Shown here: piece after piece, positions 40,060-52,138 of the stretch
How the letters are laid out: each line of letters starts with the position of its first letter
Numbering within the stretch: position 1 is the stretch's first letter
Assembly (NCBI GenBank): GCA_963822965.1
Contig: CAWGJT010000010.1
Coordinates: 960,001 to 1,024,000, forward strand
Source: an uncultured delta proteobacterium
GTDB lineage: Bacteria; Myxococcota_A; UBA9160; UBA4427
Reading direction: 5' to 3'
Length of the DNA: 64,000 nucleotides
Made by a program: the position numbers and the translations under genes
Notes under the pieces: generated by a model
Database searches by the model: none
What the model was told of the DNA's origin: nothing
What the model saw: only the letters and a program-made list of their open reading frames with translations

Positions 40060-41740
40060 GCGCGGGCGAGGATCGGGAGCGAGGTGAGCGAGGGCCGCCC
40101 TCCGGTGCCAGCTCGACCACCGTGAACCCGCCGACCCGGACGAGGCCGGTCATACGCTGTCGCACGAGCCGGGCGAGCCGGGGAAGGTGCGCGAGGGCCG
40201 TCCCGTTCCAGGTGTGTCGCCCCTCCAGCACGACGAGGCGGACGTCGAGCGCGTCGAAGCGCTCGAGCAACATCTGCTCCCAGGCTGCGAACGCCGGGTC
40301 GCCGCCGGTGGGAATCGTGAGCCCCCGGTGGAACCACAGGGAGGGCGACACCGACGGCATGCCCGTCAGCCCGTACAGGATGCTCGCGTCCCCGATCAGG
40401 AGGAAGTGCTCATTGCGGGCCTCGAGCAGCTCGACGAGGTCGCGCAGGTCGGCGGCGGTGTACGGAACGTAGGGCGAGGTCTGCCAGCCCAGGAAGCCCA
40501 GTGCGGGCGGCAGAACGGGCGCGTTGGCGGCCGCTACCTCCGGGTCCCAGACGATGTCGTCCACCGAGCGCGAGGCGTCGAACGTGTCGGCGAAGTGAAG
40601 CCCGTCGCGCAGGGCGACGGCGAGCACCAGGACGCCCAGGAGCCGCGCCCAACGAGGAACGCCCGATCCGCCCGGCCAGGCCCTCGCGACGGACCGGAGG
40701 GCGTCGTGCACCAGGCCCATGGCCAGGAACACGTAGGGAACGCCCAGGGCCGGCTGGTTCAGGGTCACTCCCACGAAGCCCAGGCACACGAGCAGGACCG
40801 CCTCGGCCAGCAGGATCCGGCGGATCGCCGGGCCCAACGCACCGAGCCGCGGACCGTCCGCGACGGCCCGGCCGGCGACGAGCGTCCCCAGCGCCAGCGC
40901 GAGCAACGCCTGGACCGCCCCGATGGACCAGAGCCCGAGCTCTCCGGTCTTCTCCCACAGGAGCCCGGCCATGCCGGAGACCCCGGGATGCTGGGCGACG
41001 CGGCGCGCTGCCTCTTCGGCCGGGAGGCGCAGCAGGTACGTCTGGACGAGATCGGGCCGCACGCCCGCCGCGAAGGCCCACAGGGTGAGCAGGCCGACGG
41101 AGGCCAGCGCAGACGCGGCCAGCAGCACGATGCGGCGTCTGCGCTCGTCCCGACGGGCTCGCAGGGCAATCGCCAGGACGATCGGCACCACCCACGCCGA
41201 GGGGATCTGCTTCGCGAGCCCGGCCAGCACGAGCACGGGCGGCACCCCCAGCCAGAGGGCCGTCCCCGTGCGTGTCGGGCGGCCGTCCCGGCTGGCGCGG
41301 ACCGCCATGCCGACGGCCAGCAGCGAGAAGAAGAAGGCGTGCGGATCCATGTAGGGCACACCGATCGGCGGATAGAGCACGAGCGCGCTGAGCGCGCCGT
41401 AGACGAAAGCGAACGGCGCTTCGAGGCCCAGCGCGGTGAGGATGCGCGCGACCAGCACGGCGAAGAGACCGTTGACGAGCGCCGCATGCAGGCAGTAGGC
41501 GAGCCACGTGACGCCCAGGACCGAGAAGAAGCCCGCCTGCAGGGCGTGCACCACGATGCCATTGGGCGCGACGTAGTCGCGGAACGGAACCTGTCCGGAC
41601 AACACGCGCCAGCCGCCGTCGAAGACGATCGACTGGTCGAGGGGCATGAAGCCGCGCCGCCCGAAGTGGAGGCTCGCCGCCACCCCGATCGCGAAGAGCA
41701 GCCACGCGCTCGCGTGGCGCAGCACCGGGCGGCTCGTCAA
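40055..41740 (-). CDS. Polytopic membrane protein, GT-C-like glycosyltransferase
   Basis: PLDQSIVFDGGWRVLSGQVPFRDY loop after TM1, AKQ motif, about 11 TM helices, soluble C-terminal domain. Confidence 0.65.
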   Translation of the reverse strand: MTSRPVLRHASAWLLFAIGVAASLHFGRRGFMPLDQSIVFDGGWRVLSGQVPFRDYVAPNGIVVHALQAGFFSVLGVTWLAYCLHAALVNGLFAVLVARILTALGLEAPFAFVYGALSALVLYPPIGVPYMDPHAFFFSLLAVGMAVRASRDGRPTRTGTALWLGVPPVLVLAGLAKQIPSAWVVPIVLAIALRARRDERRRRIVLLAASALASVGLLTLWAFAAGVRPDLVQTYLLRLPAEEAARRVAQHPGVSGMAGLLWEKTGELGLWSIGAVQALLALALGTLVAGRAVADGPRLGALGPAIRRILLAEAVLLVCLGFVGVTLNQPALGVPYVFLAMGLVHDALRSVARAWPGGSGVPRWARLLGVLVLAVALRDGLHFADTFDASRSVDDIVWDPEVAAANAPVLPPALGFLGWQTSPYVPYTAADLRDLVELLEARNEHFLLIGDASILYGLTGMPSVSPSLWFHRGLTIPTGGDPAFAAWEQMLLERFDALDVRLVVLEGRHTWNGTALAHLPRLARLVRQRMTGLVRVGGFTVVELAPEGGPRSPRSRSSPAP

Positions 41741-41892
41741 CGCCTCGAATCCGAGCCGGGAGCCGATGCGCCGACGCCGGGAGCGACCATGCCGTCGAGT
41801 CTACTTCGATCCCCCCGGCCGGGCAGGACGCGCCCTACCATGCGGCCTTCCTCTTGGCCCTTTTCCTGGAGCCGTTCGGAGCGGAGGTCGGC

Positions 41893-43041
41893 ATGCAGTT
41901 CGAGACGAGGGCGATCCACGTGGGGCAGGAGCCCGACGCCGAGACGGGCGCGGTGATGCCTCCGATCTATGCGACCTCCACCTTCGCCCAGCTGCGTCCC
42001 GGCGAGACCCGGGGCTACGACTACACGCGCTCGGGCAATCCAGGCTTCACGCGCTTGTCCCGCACCCTGGCCTCGCTGGAGGGCGGGCGCCACGCCACGG
42101 TCTTCGGCAGCGGCATGGCGGCCATCACGGCCGTCATCACGTCGCTGCAATCGGGCGACCGCGTCCTCGCGGAAGAGAACGTCTACGGCTGTACGTTCCG
42201 GATCTTCGCCCGCGTCTTCGAGAAGTTCGGCGTGGCCGTACGCTACGTGGACTTCGCGGACCCGGCGAGCTACGCGCGCATCGCCGAGACCCGCCCGGCG
42301 CTCGTCTGGTTGGAGTCGCCCACCAACCCGCTTCTCAAGATCCTCGACATCGCGGCCATCTCCGACGCCGCCCGGGAGGTGGGAGCCCCCGTGCTGGTGG
42401 ACAACACGTTCGCATCGCCCTACTTCCAGCGGCCGCTCGAGCTCGGGGCCACCCTCTCCCTGGCCAGCACGACCAAGTACGTGAACGGTCACTCGGACTG
42501 TCTCGGCGGCGTGGTGGTGACCGACGACGAGACCTGGCACGAGAGGATGGTCTTCGCGCAGAAGGCCGTCGGTCTGAATCCCTCGCCGTTCGACGCCTGG
42601 CTCGTGTCCCGGGGCGTCAAGACCCTGGCCCTGCGCATGCGCCAGCATCACGAGAACGCGCTGGCGGTGGCCCGGCGCCTGGAGGCCTGGCCGGCGACTC
42701 GCTGGGTGCGACACCCGTTCCTGGAGTCGCACCCGCATGGCGCGCTGGCCCGACGGCAGATGCGCGGCGGCTCGGGGATCGTGTCCCTGGAGCTCGAGGC
42801 CGACCTCGAGACCACCACCGCCTTCGTGTCCGGCCTGGAGCTCTTCCACCTGGCCGAGAGCCTGGGCGGCATCGAGTCGCTGGTCGACCACCCGGCCTCC
42901 ATGACCCACGCCAGCATTCCGCGACCGGAGCGCGAAAAGGTCGGAATCCGCGACGGGCTGGTGCGGCTCTCGGTGGGCATCGAGGCGGAGGAGGACCTGA
43001 TCGCCGATCTCGAGCAGGCGCGCGGGCGGGCGGGCCTGTAG
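41893..43041 (+). CDS. Cystathionine gamma-synthase/lyase (PLP trans-sulfuration enzyme)
   Basis: YDYTRSGNP, SGMAA, ESPTNP, VDNTF, STTKYVNGHSD and AESLGGIESL. Confidence 0.95.
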   Translation: MQFETRAIHVGQEPDAETGAVMPPIYATSTFAQLRPGETRGYDYTRSGNPGFTRLSRTLASLEGGRHATVFGSGMAAITAVITSLQSGDRVLAEENVYGCTFRIFARVFEKFGVAVRYVDFADPASYARIAETRPALVWLESPTNPLLKILDIAAISDAAREVGAPVLVDNTFASPYFQRPLELGATLSLASTTKYVNGHSDCLGGVVVTDDETWHERMVFAQKAVGLNPSPFDAWLVSRGVKTLALRMRQHHENALAVARRLEAWPATRWVRHPFLESHPHGALARRQMRGGSGIVSLELEADLETTTAFVSGLELFHLAESLGGIESLVDHPASMTHASIPRPEREKVGIRDGLVRLSVGIEAEEDLIADLEQARGRAGL

Positions 43042-43089
43042 TCGGAGCGGCCACGCGAGCGACGGCGGCGGCCGGGTCGACCGGCCGCG

Positions 43090-43716
43090 CTATGCGGGCT
43101 CGGGGCTGCGGTTCGCCATGGCCGCTTCCCGGTCGGCCTGCCGGGTGCGGTCGTTGCGGCGCGCGCTGCCGACGAGCTCGTAGTCGCCGGCATAGGCCGG
43201 GCGGATCTCCCCATCGACGTCCACCAGCCAGGGCATCGCGAGCCGCCGCGGCACCCGCACCCGGCTCACGGGCAGGCGCGTTCCGAAGACCCGATCCCAG
43301 ACGGGCGTCGTCACGCCCTGCGCCCGGCGGGGATCCGCGAAGTGGTGCGCGAAGTGGTTGCGCCGGAGCCAGCGCCCGTAGGCGCCGCGCGGCGGATGGG
43401 TGTGTGCGCGCCGATGCAGCAGCTCGTACAGCAGGTACGTGGCGATGAACCCGGTGCTGAAGCACACGCCCGCAGCCGCCCCGATCCCCACCACGGCGAC
43501 GGGCAGCACGACCGCGGTGACCGCCAGCGCCGCCAGGGCCTTCTGCCACCAGGGGGCGAAGTAGTCGACCTGCGCGTGGTGCCGGCGATGCTCCTTCGCG
43601 CCGAGCCTCGTGGCTGACGCGCCGTGGAACACGAAGCGGTGGAGCACGTACTCGAGCAGCGTCCAGGCAACACCGCCAGCGCCCAGGGCGACGAACGCCG
43701 CAATCCAGGTCTGCAT
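43090..43716 (-). CDS. Fatty acid hydroxylase / sterol desaturase family protein
   Basis: His boxes EYVLHRFVFH, HRRHH, LLHRRAH and NHFAHHF; WDRVFGT. Confidence 0.9.
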   Translation of the reverse strand: MQTWIAAFVALGAGGVAWTLLEYVLHRFVFHGASATRLGAKEHRRHHAQVDYFAPWWQKALAALAVTAVVLPVAVVGIGAAAGVCFSTGFIATYLLYELLHRRAHTHPPRGAYGRWLRRNHFAHHFADPRRAQGVTTPVWDRVFGTRLPVSRVRVPRRLAMPWLVDVDGEIRPAYAGDYELVGSARRNDRTRQADREAAMANRSPEPA

Positions 43717-44059
43717 GCGGCTCCTCCATGGTCGGCCGCGCGGGAGATCGGGACGAGCCTAGCAGGCCGACCGGCCGGGGGCGGCTCGCGGCCCGCCCCC
43801 AGGCGCCGGCCCCTCCCGGAGGCCCGGGAGTCCGCGCGCGGGGCTCGGTGGGCACGCCGGCGGCGCACGAGGCGCTCGACGCGCTGGCTCGCAGCGAAGC
43901 GCTGCCGCGCAGCCGCTGGGCCGCGGCCGAGCGGCGGCGCAAGGCTCCCCGCATTCCGTAGGGAACGGAAACGGAAGGCAGATCGCCCCACGTCTCGCGG
44001 GCGCCCGGGGCGTCCCGCTGCAGCATCTTCCCCCGCGCGACGCTTCGGGCGTGCCGGAT

Positions 44060-44075
44060 GGGCCCGCCGATTGCA
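44060..44075 (+). promoter_or_regulatory. Candidate sigma-54 promoter of the hemerythrin gene
   Basis: GGGCCCGCCGATTGCA: GG-N10-GC spacing with TTGCA -12 box, about 50 bp upstream of the ATG. Confidence 0.5.
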
Positions 44076-44124
44076 CCCTTCTGCAGCGAAGCAGCGTGGC
44101 TGCCCTGCGGAAGGGGGGATTCGC

Positions 44125-44577
44125 ATGCAACCCAGTGAAGTCCGCACGTACATCCTGAACGAGCACAACCGGCTTCGCGTGCTCCTCGAGGGCCTCGAGG
44201 GCCTGGCCCGGGACGCCCTGACGGAGGATGCGACCCCGTCGTTGGCCCTGCGCGGCGAGGCGAACGCCCTGCTCGCGCGACTGGCGAGCCACATGAGCTG
44301 GGAGGACCACTACCTCGCTCCTGTGCTACGACAGGCCGACGCCTGGGGTGAGGCGCGATGCGAGCGGCTCGCGAGCGAGCACCGGGAGCAGCGCGAGCTG
44401 CTCGAGTATGCGCTCCGGCGCCTGCACGACGAGCACCAGCCGGACGCGGTCGTGGCTGGGAACCTGCTGGACCTGATCGAGCTGCTGCGCGAAGACATGC
44501 GGGACGAGGAGGCCATCTTCCTGGACGAGCGGGTGCTGCGCGACGACGTGGTGGCGATCGACGTCACCAGCGGCTGA
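44125..44577 (+). CDS. Hemerythrin-like (HHE) domain protein
   Basis: EHNRLR, HMSWEDHYL, EHREQR and DMRDEE helices. Confidence 0.8.
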   Translation: MQPSEVRTYILNEHNRLRVLLEGLEGLARDALTEDATPSLALRGEANALLARLASHMSWEDHYLAPVLRQADAWGEARCERLASEHREQRELLEYALRRLHDEHQPDAVVAGNLLDLIELLREDMRDEEAIFLDERVLRDDVVAIDVTSG

Positions 44578-44825
44578 ATCGATCTGCGTCACCACCAGCT
44601 GAAGGATCTGCGTGACCCGCGGCCGAAGTCGGCGGGACGGGAGGGCGTCAGGCGGTGGAGCGCGCCGCAGGGGCGTGGTCCGCATCCTCGGCGGAGATCC
44701 CACCGTATCGGCCCCGCCGACCCCGACGAGATTGCGCAGGTTCGCTCGCGAGTGTGTACAGGCAGGGCACCAGGAACAGGGTCACGCTGGTGGACAGTGC
44801 GAGCCCCCAGACGGGCCTCTCGCGC

Positions 44826-45467
44826 TCAGGCGACCCCGACCGGGCAGCTCACGCCGGTGCCCCCGAGACCGCAGTACCCGTGCGGGTTCTTGGCGAGGTA
44901 CTGCTGGTGGTAGTCCTCCGCGTAGTAGAACTGCGGGGCGTCGACGATCTCGGTGGTGATCTTCCCGTATCCCGCCTGCTCGAGACGCTTCTGGAAGGCC
45001 TCCCGGGTGGCTTCCGCCAGGCGGCGCTGCTCGTCGGAGTGGACGTAGATGCCGGATCGGTACTGGGTCCCCACGTCGTTTCCCTGCTGCATGCCCTGGG
45101 TGGGGTCGTGGCTCTCCCAGAAGATGCGGAGCAGCTCGACGTAGGAGATCCGCTCGGGGTCGAAGACCACCCGGACCACCTCGTTGTGTCCGGTGAGCCC
45201 GCTGCAGACCTCCTCGTAGCGGGGGTTCGGCGTGCCGCCCCCCGCGTAGCCGACGGCCGTGGTGTAGACGCCCGGCGCCTCCCAGAACTTGCGCTCGGCC
45301 CCCCAGAAGCAGCCCAGGCCGAAGAGACCGAGTTGCATCTCCGCGGGGAAGGGAGGCAGCAGCGGGGTACCCAGCACGAAGTGCCGCTCGGGGACGGGCA
45401 TCTTCGCCTCGCGTCCGGGAAGGATCTCGTCGGGGGCCGGCATCTCGGCCTTCTTGCGGAACAACAT
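44826..45467 (-). CDS. msrA: Peptide-methionine (S)-S-oxide reductase
   Basis: [35 protein letters not shown] and C-terminal resolving Cys. Confidence 0.97.
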   Translation of the reverse strand: MLFRKKAEMPAPDEILPGREAKMPVPERHFVLGTPLLPPFPAEMQLGLFGLGCFWGAERKFWEAPGVYTTAVGYAGGGTPNPRYEEVCSGLTGHNEVVRVVFDPERISYVELLRIFWESHDPTQGMQQGNDVGTQYRSGIYVHSDEQRRLAEATREAFQKRLEQAGYGKITTEIVDAPQFYYAEDYHQQYLAKNPHGYCGLGGTGVSCPVGVA

Positions 45468-45519
45468 GGATGAAACCTCCTGGCGAACGAGAATCGGCGA
45501 ATCCAGGCGATTCGCCGGC

Positions 45520-47340
<1,821 letters not shown>

Positions 47341-47446
47341 GGCTTCGGGCTCGCAGCTTCTCGGGGTCGCGTGGATCGCGGCACGGATTCTAGCCCGCTC
47401 GACGCGCGTACGCGGCTCGCCCGCGGAGCACCGGGCCGGCTCGCGG

Positions 47447-48080
47447 CTACATCCAGCCCAGGGGCTGCAGCTCGTCGGTGTGGACAGGCTTGCGCTGGAC
47501 GAGCAGGTAGTCCCAGTCGTGGAAGGTCAGCAGCAGCGCGCCGGGAGAGGCGTGGCGCGCGAAGACCCGGTCCACGCACGCCTCCTCGCCGGGCCAGGGG
47601 TAGGCGAAAACCACGTCACAGTCCGCGGGCGCGAGGTCGAGCTCGTCCCACGCCCGCTCGTCGAAGGTGAGTCGGGTGTGCGTGGTGCCCGCGGCGAGGT
47701 CCTCGTCGCCGGGACGCAGGAAGGTGCCCTGGGCGAACGTCATGGAGAGCCCCAGGTCTTCCGCCAGGCTCCGGGCGGAGTCGACCAGCTCGCCCTGGAT
47801 CTCGATGCCCAGGGGCGAGAAGCCGTTGAGCGCGGCCACACCGCACACGCCCCCCAGCCCGCTGCCCCATTCGCAGAAGAGGGGGCCGCGAGCGAGGCCT
47901 TCGCTCTGGATGCGAGACAGCACGCGGTCTACGGCGAGCAGCTCGCTTCCGACGTAGCCCCCTCGGTCGTCGCCGGGCAGCGCCTGCAGTCGGCTGGCCA
48001 CGGCGTCCACGAGCTCTGCGAGCTCTGCGAGCTCTCCGCCCGGTGTCCGGATGTCGTCGATGCCCAGGGAGATCCTCGCT
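47447..48080 (-). CDS. Class I SAM-dependent methyltransferase; start uncertain (first canonical start is GTG 48010)
   Basis: [13 protein letters not shown] and DVVFAYPWP. Frame stays open upstream ([23 protein letters not shown]) into the G-rich repeat. Confidence 0.8.
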
Positions 48081-48081
48081 C

Positions 48082-48155
48082 GGGTGGGGTTGGGGTGGGA
48101 AGGCGTAGGGTGGGGTTGGGGTGGGAAGGCGTAGGGTGGGGTTGGGGTGGGAAGG
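48082..48155 (+). repeat. 26-bp G-rich tandem repeat (about 2.85 copies); each unit is a canonical G-quadruplex motif
   Basis: GGGTGGGGTTGGGGTGGGAAGGCGTA at 48082, 48108 and 48134 (partial). Confidence 0.95.
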
Positions 48156-48167
48156 TGGAGAGTGGGC

Positions 48168-48206
48168 CGAAAGCGAAAGCGGCGACCCGTCTCCGGGCCG
48201 CCGCTT
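48168..48206 (-). terminator. Intrinsic terminator-like hairpin after the cold-shock gene
   Basis: Minus strand AAGCGGCGGCCCG-GAGA-CGGGTCGCCGCTT followed by TCGCTTTC. Confidence 0.7.
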
Positions 48207-48227
48207 CGGTACTACCTGGCGAAAGCG

Positions 48228-48431
48228 CTACTGCGGTTGAACGTTCGTAGCCTCGGGGCCCTTGCGACCCTGACCGGCTTCGAAGCTCACCTGCTGGCCT
48301 TCGTTGAGCGACTTGAAGCCCTCGCCCAGAATGTTGGAATGATGGACGAACAGGTCCTTGGAGCCATCATCGGGCGTGATGAATCCGTAGCCCTTCTCGT
48401 CGCTGAACCACTTGACGGTACCTCGTGCCAA
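48228..48431 (-). CDS. Cold-shock protein (CspA family)
   Basis: TTG start; [15 protein letters not shown] (RNP1), DLFVHHS (RNP2) and [10 protein letters not shown]. Confidence 0.96.
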   Translation of the reverse strand: MARGTVKWFSDEKGYGFITPDDGSKDLFVHHSNILGEGFKSLNEGQQVSFEAGQGRKGPEATNVQPQ

Positions 48432-48875
48432 TCTCTTCTCCTCCCCACGCCACGGCTGGACCATCTGAATGGACGGTGCCGACGGGTGGGGATCGTCGCG
48501 TCGCGGGATCGTTCGGCTCCACCGTGGAGCCCGGATCATCGGCGCTCCGGAGATCGCTCCCCGGTCATCGCCGAACGCCGCATCGCACTGAGCCGTGAGC
48601 GGATGCCCACCAGCTCGATGGCCGGGAGAGTACACGCAAACCTCCGATCCCGCTCCTCGGTTCCCGAATGAGAGGGAAACCGGTGCCCGGTCGCACCACG
48701 GATCGGCCGACGCGTCGTTGCGACGCCCTCCCGTCTTGGCCAGACGCGGACGCCCTGAGAGGCCCCGCGAGGCGCTAGAAGCCCGCCCGTGTAGCCGAAC
48801 CCCGTCGCCATGAAGCTCGTTGCGGGCCTTCCTTCTCGTGGACCCTTCGCGGCAGCCCGATACCCTCGGCCCCCC

Positions 48876-49622
48876 TTGGAGTCGAGCACCCTCCGCCCGC
48901 GCGCGCCGCAACCGGCCCCGATCGGTCGCTTCGCCATCCTCGCGCCCATGCCCCGCGAGCTCCGCCCAGTGGCAGCCCGTCTGGGGCTCGCACCCGCGCG
49001 GGAGTCCGGGACGGAGCTGCTCCGGGGCATCGCAGGTCGCATCCAGGTGGTCGCGGCGCTCACGGGGATCGGAATGCGGGCGGCCGCACGGCGGACCGAG
49101 CACGTCCTCGAGGTCGCCTCTCCCGATCACCTCGTGGTGATCGGCGTGGCGGGCGGGATCGGAGAGGCGGTGGCGATCGGCGACCTGATCGTCCCCGAGC
49201 GGGTGCTCGACCTGGGCACCCGGGCGAGCTTTCGCCCTGCCCCGCTCGGCAACCAGCCGCCGCACGGCACCCTCGCATCGTCCGACGTCCTGCTGGACAC
49301 GCCCGAGGACGCCCAGCGCCTGGGTCGGCAAGGCGTCGTGGCGATCGACATGGAGACCGCGGCCATCGCGGCGGTCTGCCAGGCACACGGGTGTCCCTGG
49401 TCGGTCTTCCGCGGCGTCAGCGACCGGGCCGACGACGGCACCACGGATGCGGCCGTGTTCGGCCTGGTGGACGCCGAGGGCAAGCCCGATCCGGCGGCCC
49501 TGGCTCGCTTCGTCCTGACCCGGCCCCACCGCATCGCGCAGCTGGTGCGCCTCGCCCGTGGTGCGAATCTCGCGATACGGAACGCCGCAGACGCGCTGGC
49601 AACCGCCCTCACGTCGCTCTGA
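48876..49622 (+). CDS. Nucleoside phosphorylase / MTA-SAH nucleosidase-like (PNP_UDP_1) protein; start approximate
   Basis: APMPREL, TGIG, GVAGG, GDLIV, IDMETAA and RGVSD. Confidence 0.85.
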   Translation: MESSTLRPRAPQPAPIGRFAILAPMPRELRPVAARLGLAPARESGTELLRGIAGRIQVVAALTGIGMRAAARRTEHVLEVASPDHLVVIGVAGGIGEAVAIGDLIVPERVLDLGTRASFRPAPLGNQPPHGTLASSDVLLDTPEDAQRLGRQGVVAIDMETAAIAAVCQAHGCPWSVFRGVSDRADDGTTDAAVFGLVDAEGKPDPAALARFVLTRPHRIAQLVRLARGANLAIRNAADALATALTSL

Positions 49623-50379
49623 CGGGCGGGACCTCGGGCGACCGCCGCGGGTCGCCTCGGCGGGCGTCGCGGAGACGTCCCGATCCGGGGGCCGTCGGCA
49701 GTCCGTGACACGCGACCCAGGCGTCCGCCCGCGCGACGGCGGCCGCCAGCCACTCCGGCGGCAGCGAGTCCAGGGGCGGCTCGAGGGGCGGCTCTCCCTC
49801 CGCAGCGAGCCCGGGGATGAAGCGGGCCGCCGGCTCGTCACCCGCCCGGGCGGCCACGCGCAGGAAGGTCAGCGCCGACACGTAGTCCTCGCGCTGGCTG
49901 GCTCTTGGCGCCTCGGACGCGAAGAGAGCGCCGAAGAGCGAGCGACCGTACAGCGACTGGGCGGAGCGATGTCCGTTGTCGGCGGCGAAGCGCAGCGCCA
50001 CGAGCGCGGCCTCGAAGGGTTGCCGCCGAAGATGCTCGCCGTCGCGGCTCTCCTCGAGCTTCGCGAGCCCGATCTCGTACTGCTCCTGCACCACGCGAGC
50101 GTCGGCGAGCGGGCGGCACTCGACAGCCGGGTGGTCCGCCGCCCGACAGGCCACCACCCCTGCAACGAGCGCAACGAGCGCCCATGCCGCCCGCGCCGCG
50201 AAGGCGGGCGTCGTGGGGCTCGCCTTCGGCGGCGGTGTGGGCTCGCTCCGGTCCAGGCGCGGCACTCCAGGCGATCGTCCGGGTCGTTCACGCGGGCGCC
50301 GGTGAGCCTCGACGGCGACGATGTCGGCGCCGCCGGGCCATTCCCTGCTCAAGTCGGGGGTCCGGGGGTCGATGGGCAC
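49609..50379 (-). CDS. Hypothetical lipoprotein with Sel1-like helices; start uncertain
   Basis: Hydrophobic stretch ending [18 protein letters not shown]...[12 protein letters not shown]. Confidence 0.55.
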   Translation of the reverse strand: MPIDPRTPDLSREWPGGADIVAVEAHRRPRERPGRSPGVPRLDRSEPTPPPKASPTTPAFAARAAWALVALVAGVVACRAADHPAVECRPLADARVVQEQYEIGLAKLEESRDGEHLRRQPFEAALVALRFAADNGHRSAQSLYGRSLFGALFASEAPRASQREDYVSALTFLRVAARAGDEPAARFIPGLAAEGEPPLEPPLDSLPPEWLAAAVARADAWVACHGLPTAPGSGRLRDARRGDPRRSPEVPPVRAT

Positions 50380-50393
50380 AGCTGGGGGAGAGG

Positions 50394-51134
50394 ATGCAAA
50401 TTCTCAGCGGTCTTGCCACGCTTGCGTTCGTCGTGATCGGTGCTCTGGTGGGAATCCGCCTGCTGCTGCTGGCGAGACGTACCCGCCAGCTGCCGGAGCT
50501 CGCCGTCGGCCTCGCGCTGCTCCTCATCGGCGGCATCGGCTATCCGATTGCCGTCGTCGGCGGAACCCCGGGCGCCGTGGCGCCCGCGACGGGCGTCCGG
50601 ATGACCGTCGTCAGCACCTTCGTGATCGACGCGGGCTTCATCAACGTGGTCCTCTTCACGTGGTCGGTCTTCCGGCGCAAGGAGACCTGGGGACGAGCCC
50701 TGCTCGGCCTCCTCGCGGTCTCCTACGTGGTGCACGCCGTGGGAATCGCCTTCGCGAGCGTCCACATGACGAGCGCCTCGGAGATCATGACCAGCGGCCT
50801 GGGCCTCACCCTCTTCGGGCAGGTCCTCAACTCGGTGGCGTTCGGCTGGACCGCCTTCGAGGCGTACCGCTACTGGTGGATGCTGCGCAAGCGCGCGGCG
50901 ATCGGGCTGGGCGATGCCGTGACCACCAACCGCTTCCTGCTGTGGGCGATCGCGGCGACCGCCTCCGTGGGCACGAACGTCATCTCGTGGTGGGTCGTCT
51001 ACCAGGAGATGGACTTCTTCCAGAACGCCGGCGTCCAGGCCGCGATCGGGATCATCGCCGTGATCTCCTGCACGACCCAGTACCTCGCCTTCCTGCCGCC
51101 GCGGGCGTACCTGGCGCGGCTCCGCGCGAGCTGA
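50394..51134 (+). CDS. Hypothetical stand-alone 7-TM membrane protein
   Basis: Seven hydrophobic segments by eye; no soluble domain; GGGAGAGG RBS. Confidence 0.75.
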   Translation: MQILSGLATLAFVVIGALVGIRLLLLARRTRQLPELAVGLALLLIGGIGYPIAVVGGTPGAVAPATGVRMTVVSTFVIDAGFINVVLFTWSVFRRKETWGRALLGLLAVSYVVHAVGIAFASVHMTSASEIMTSGLGLTLFGQVLNSVAFGWTAFEAYRYWWMLRKRAAIGLGDAVTTNRFLLWAIAATASVGTNVISWWVVYQEMDFFQNAGVQAAIGIIAVISCTTQYLAFLPPRAYLARLRAS

Positions 51135-51316
51135 GCCCCGTGCCCCCGGACGCGCCGCGTGTGGGCTTCGACGAGCCCACACGAGCTCGCTTGCAGTGCC
51201 AGCCGATCCGTCTCCCGTCGACCTGCTAGTCTCCCGGAATTCCGACACGACTCGATGTCCGAGGCGACGCGGGCGCGCCCTGTCTCCGGGGCGTGACGGC
51301 GGGGGAGCAAAGCGGC

Positions 51317-52138
51317 GTGCAGATCCGGATCGGATACGAGCTGATCTACGACCTCCCCCAGCCCACTCCGATGATCATGACCCTGAACGTCCACTTCACG
51401 CGGGTCTCGGATCTCGTCGCGCCGGACCACATCGTCACGAACCCGTCGATCCCGGTGACGCCCTATCGCGACGCCTTCGGCAACTGGTGTAGCCGGCTCG
51501 TTGCGCCCCCGGGCACGCTGCGGATCTCCACGGACGCGATCATCAACGACACCGGGCGGCCCGACGTGCTGGAGGCCTCCGCCCCCCAGCACGTCGTGGA
51601 GGAGCTCCCCGCCGAAACGCTCGCGTTCCTGCTCGGCAGTCGCTACTGCGAGACGGACCGCCTCAGCGAGACGGCCTGGAGCCTCTTCGGTGGGACGCCC
51701 CTGGGATGGTCGCGCGTCCAGGCGATCTGCGACTACGTCCACGGACACATCCGATTCGGCTACCAGCACGCCCGGGCGACTCGAACGGCGCTGGAGACCT
51801 TCGAGGAACGCATCGGGGTCTGTCGCGACTACACCCACCTCGCCATCGCCTTCTGCCGCTGTATGAACATCCCCGCCCGCTACTGCACGGGGTACCTGGG
51901 CGACATCGGAGTTCCCGCGTCGCCAGATCCGATGGACTTCTCGGCCTGGTTCGAGGCGTACCTCGGCGGGCACTGGCACGCCTTCGACCCGCGCAACCAC
52001 GTGCCGCGGATCGGGCGCGTGCTGATCGCCCGGGGACGGGATGCCGCGGACGTGCCCATCAGCCACGCCTTCGGTCCCAACGTCCTCCGAAGCTTCAAGG
52101 TGTGGACCGACGAGGTCCGGTCTCCTTCGGGACACTGA
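51317..52138 (+). CDS. Transglutaminase-like family protein
   Basis: SRYCETD, GVCRDYTHL, DFSAWFEAY and FDPRN. Confidence 0.92.
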   Translation: MQIRIGYELIYDLPQPTPMIMTLNVHFTRVSDLVAPDHIVTNPSIPVTPYRDAFGNWCSRLVAPPGTLRISTDAIINDTGRPDVLEASAPQHVVEELPAETLAFLLGSRYCETDRLSETAWSLFGGTPLGWSRVQAICDYVHGHIRFGYQHARATRTALETFEERIGVCRDYTHLAIAFCRCMNIPARYCTGYLGDIGVPASPDPMDFSAWFEAYLGGHWHAFDPRNHVPRIGRVLIARGRDAADVPISHAFGPNVLRSFKVWTDEVRSPSGH

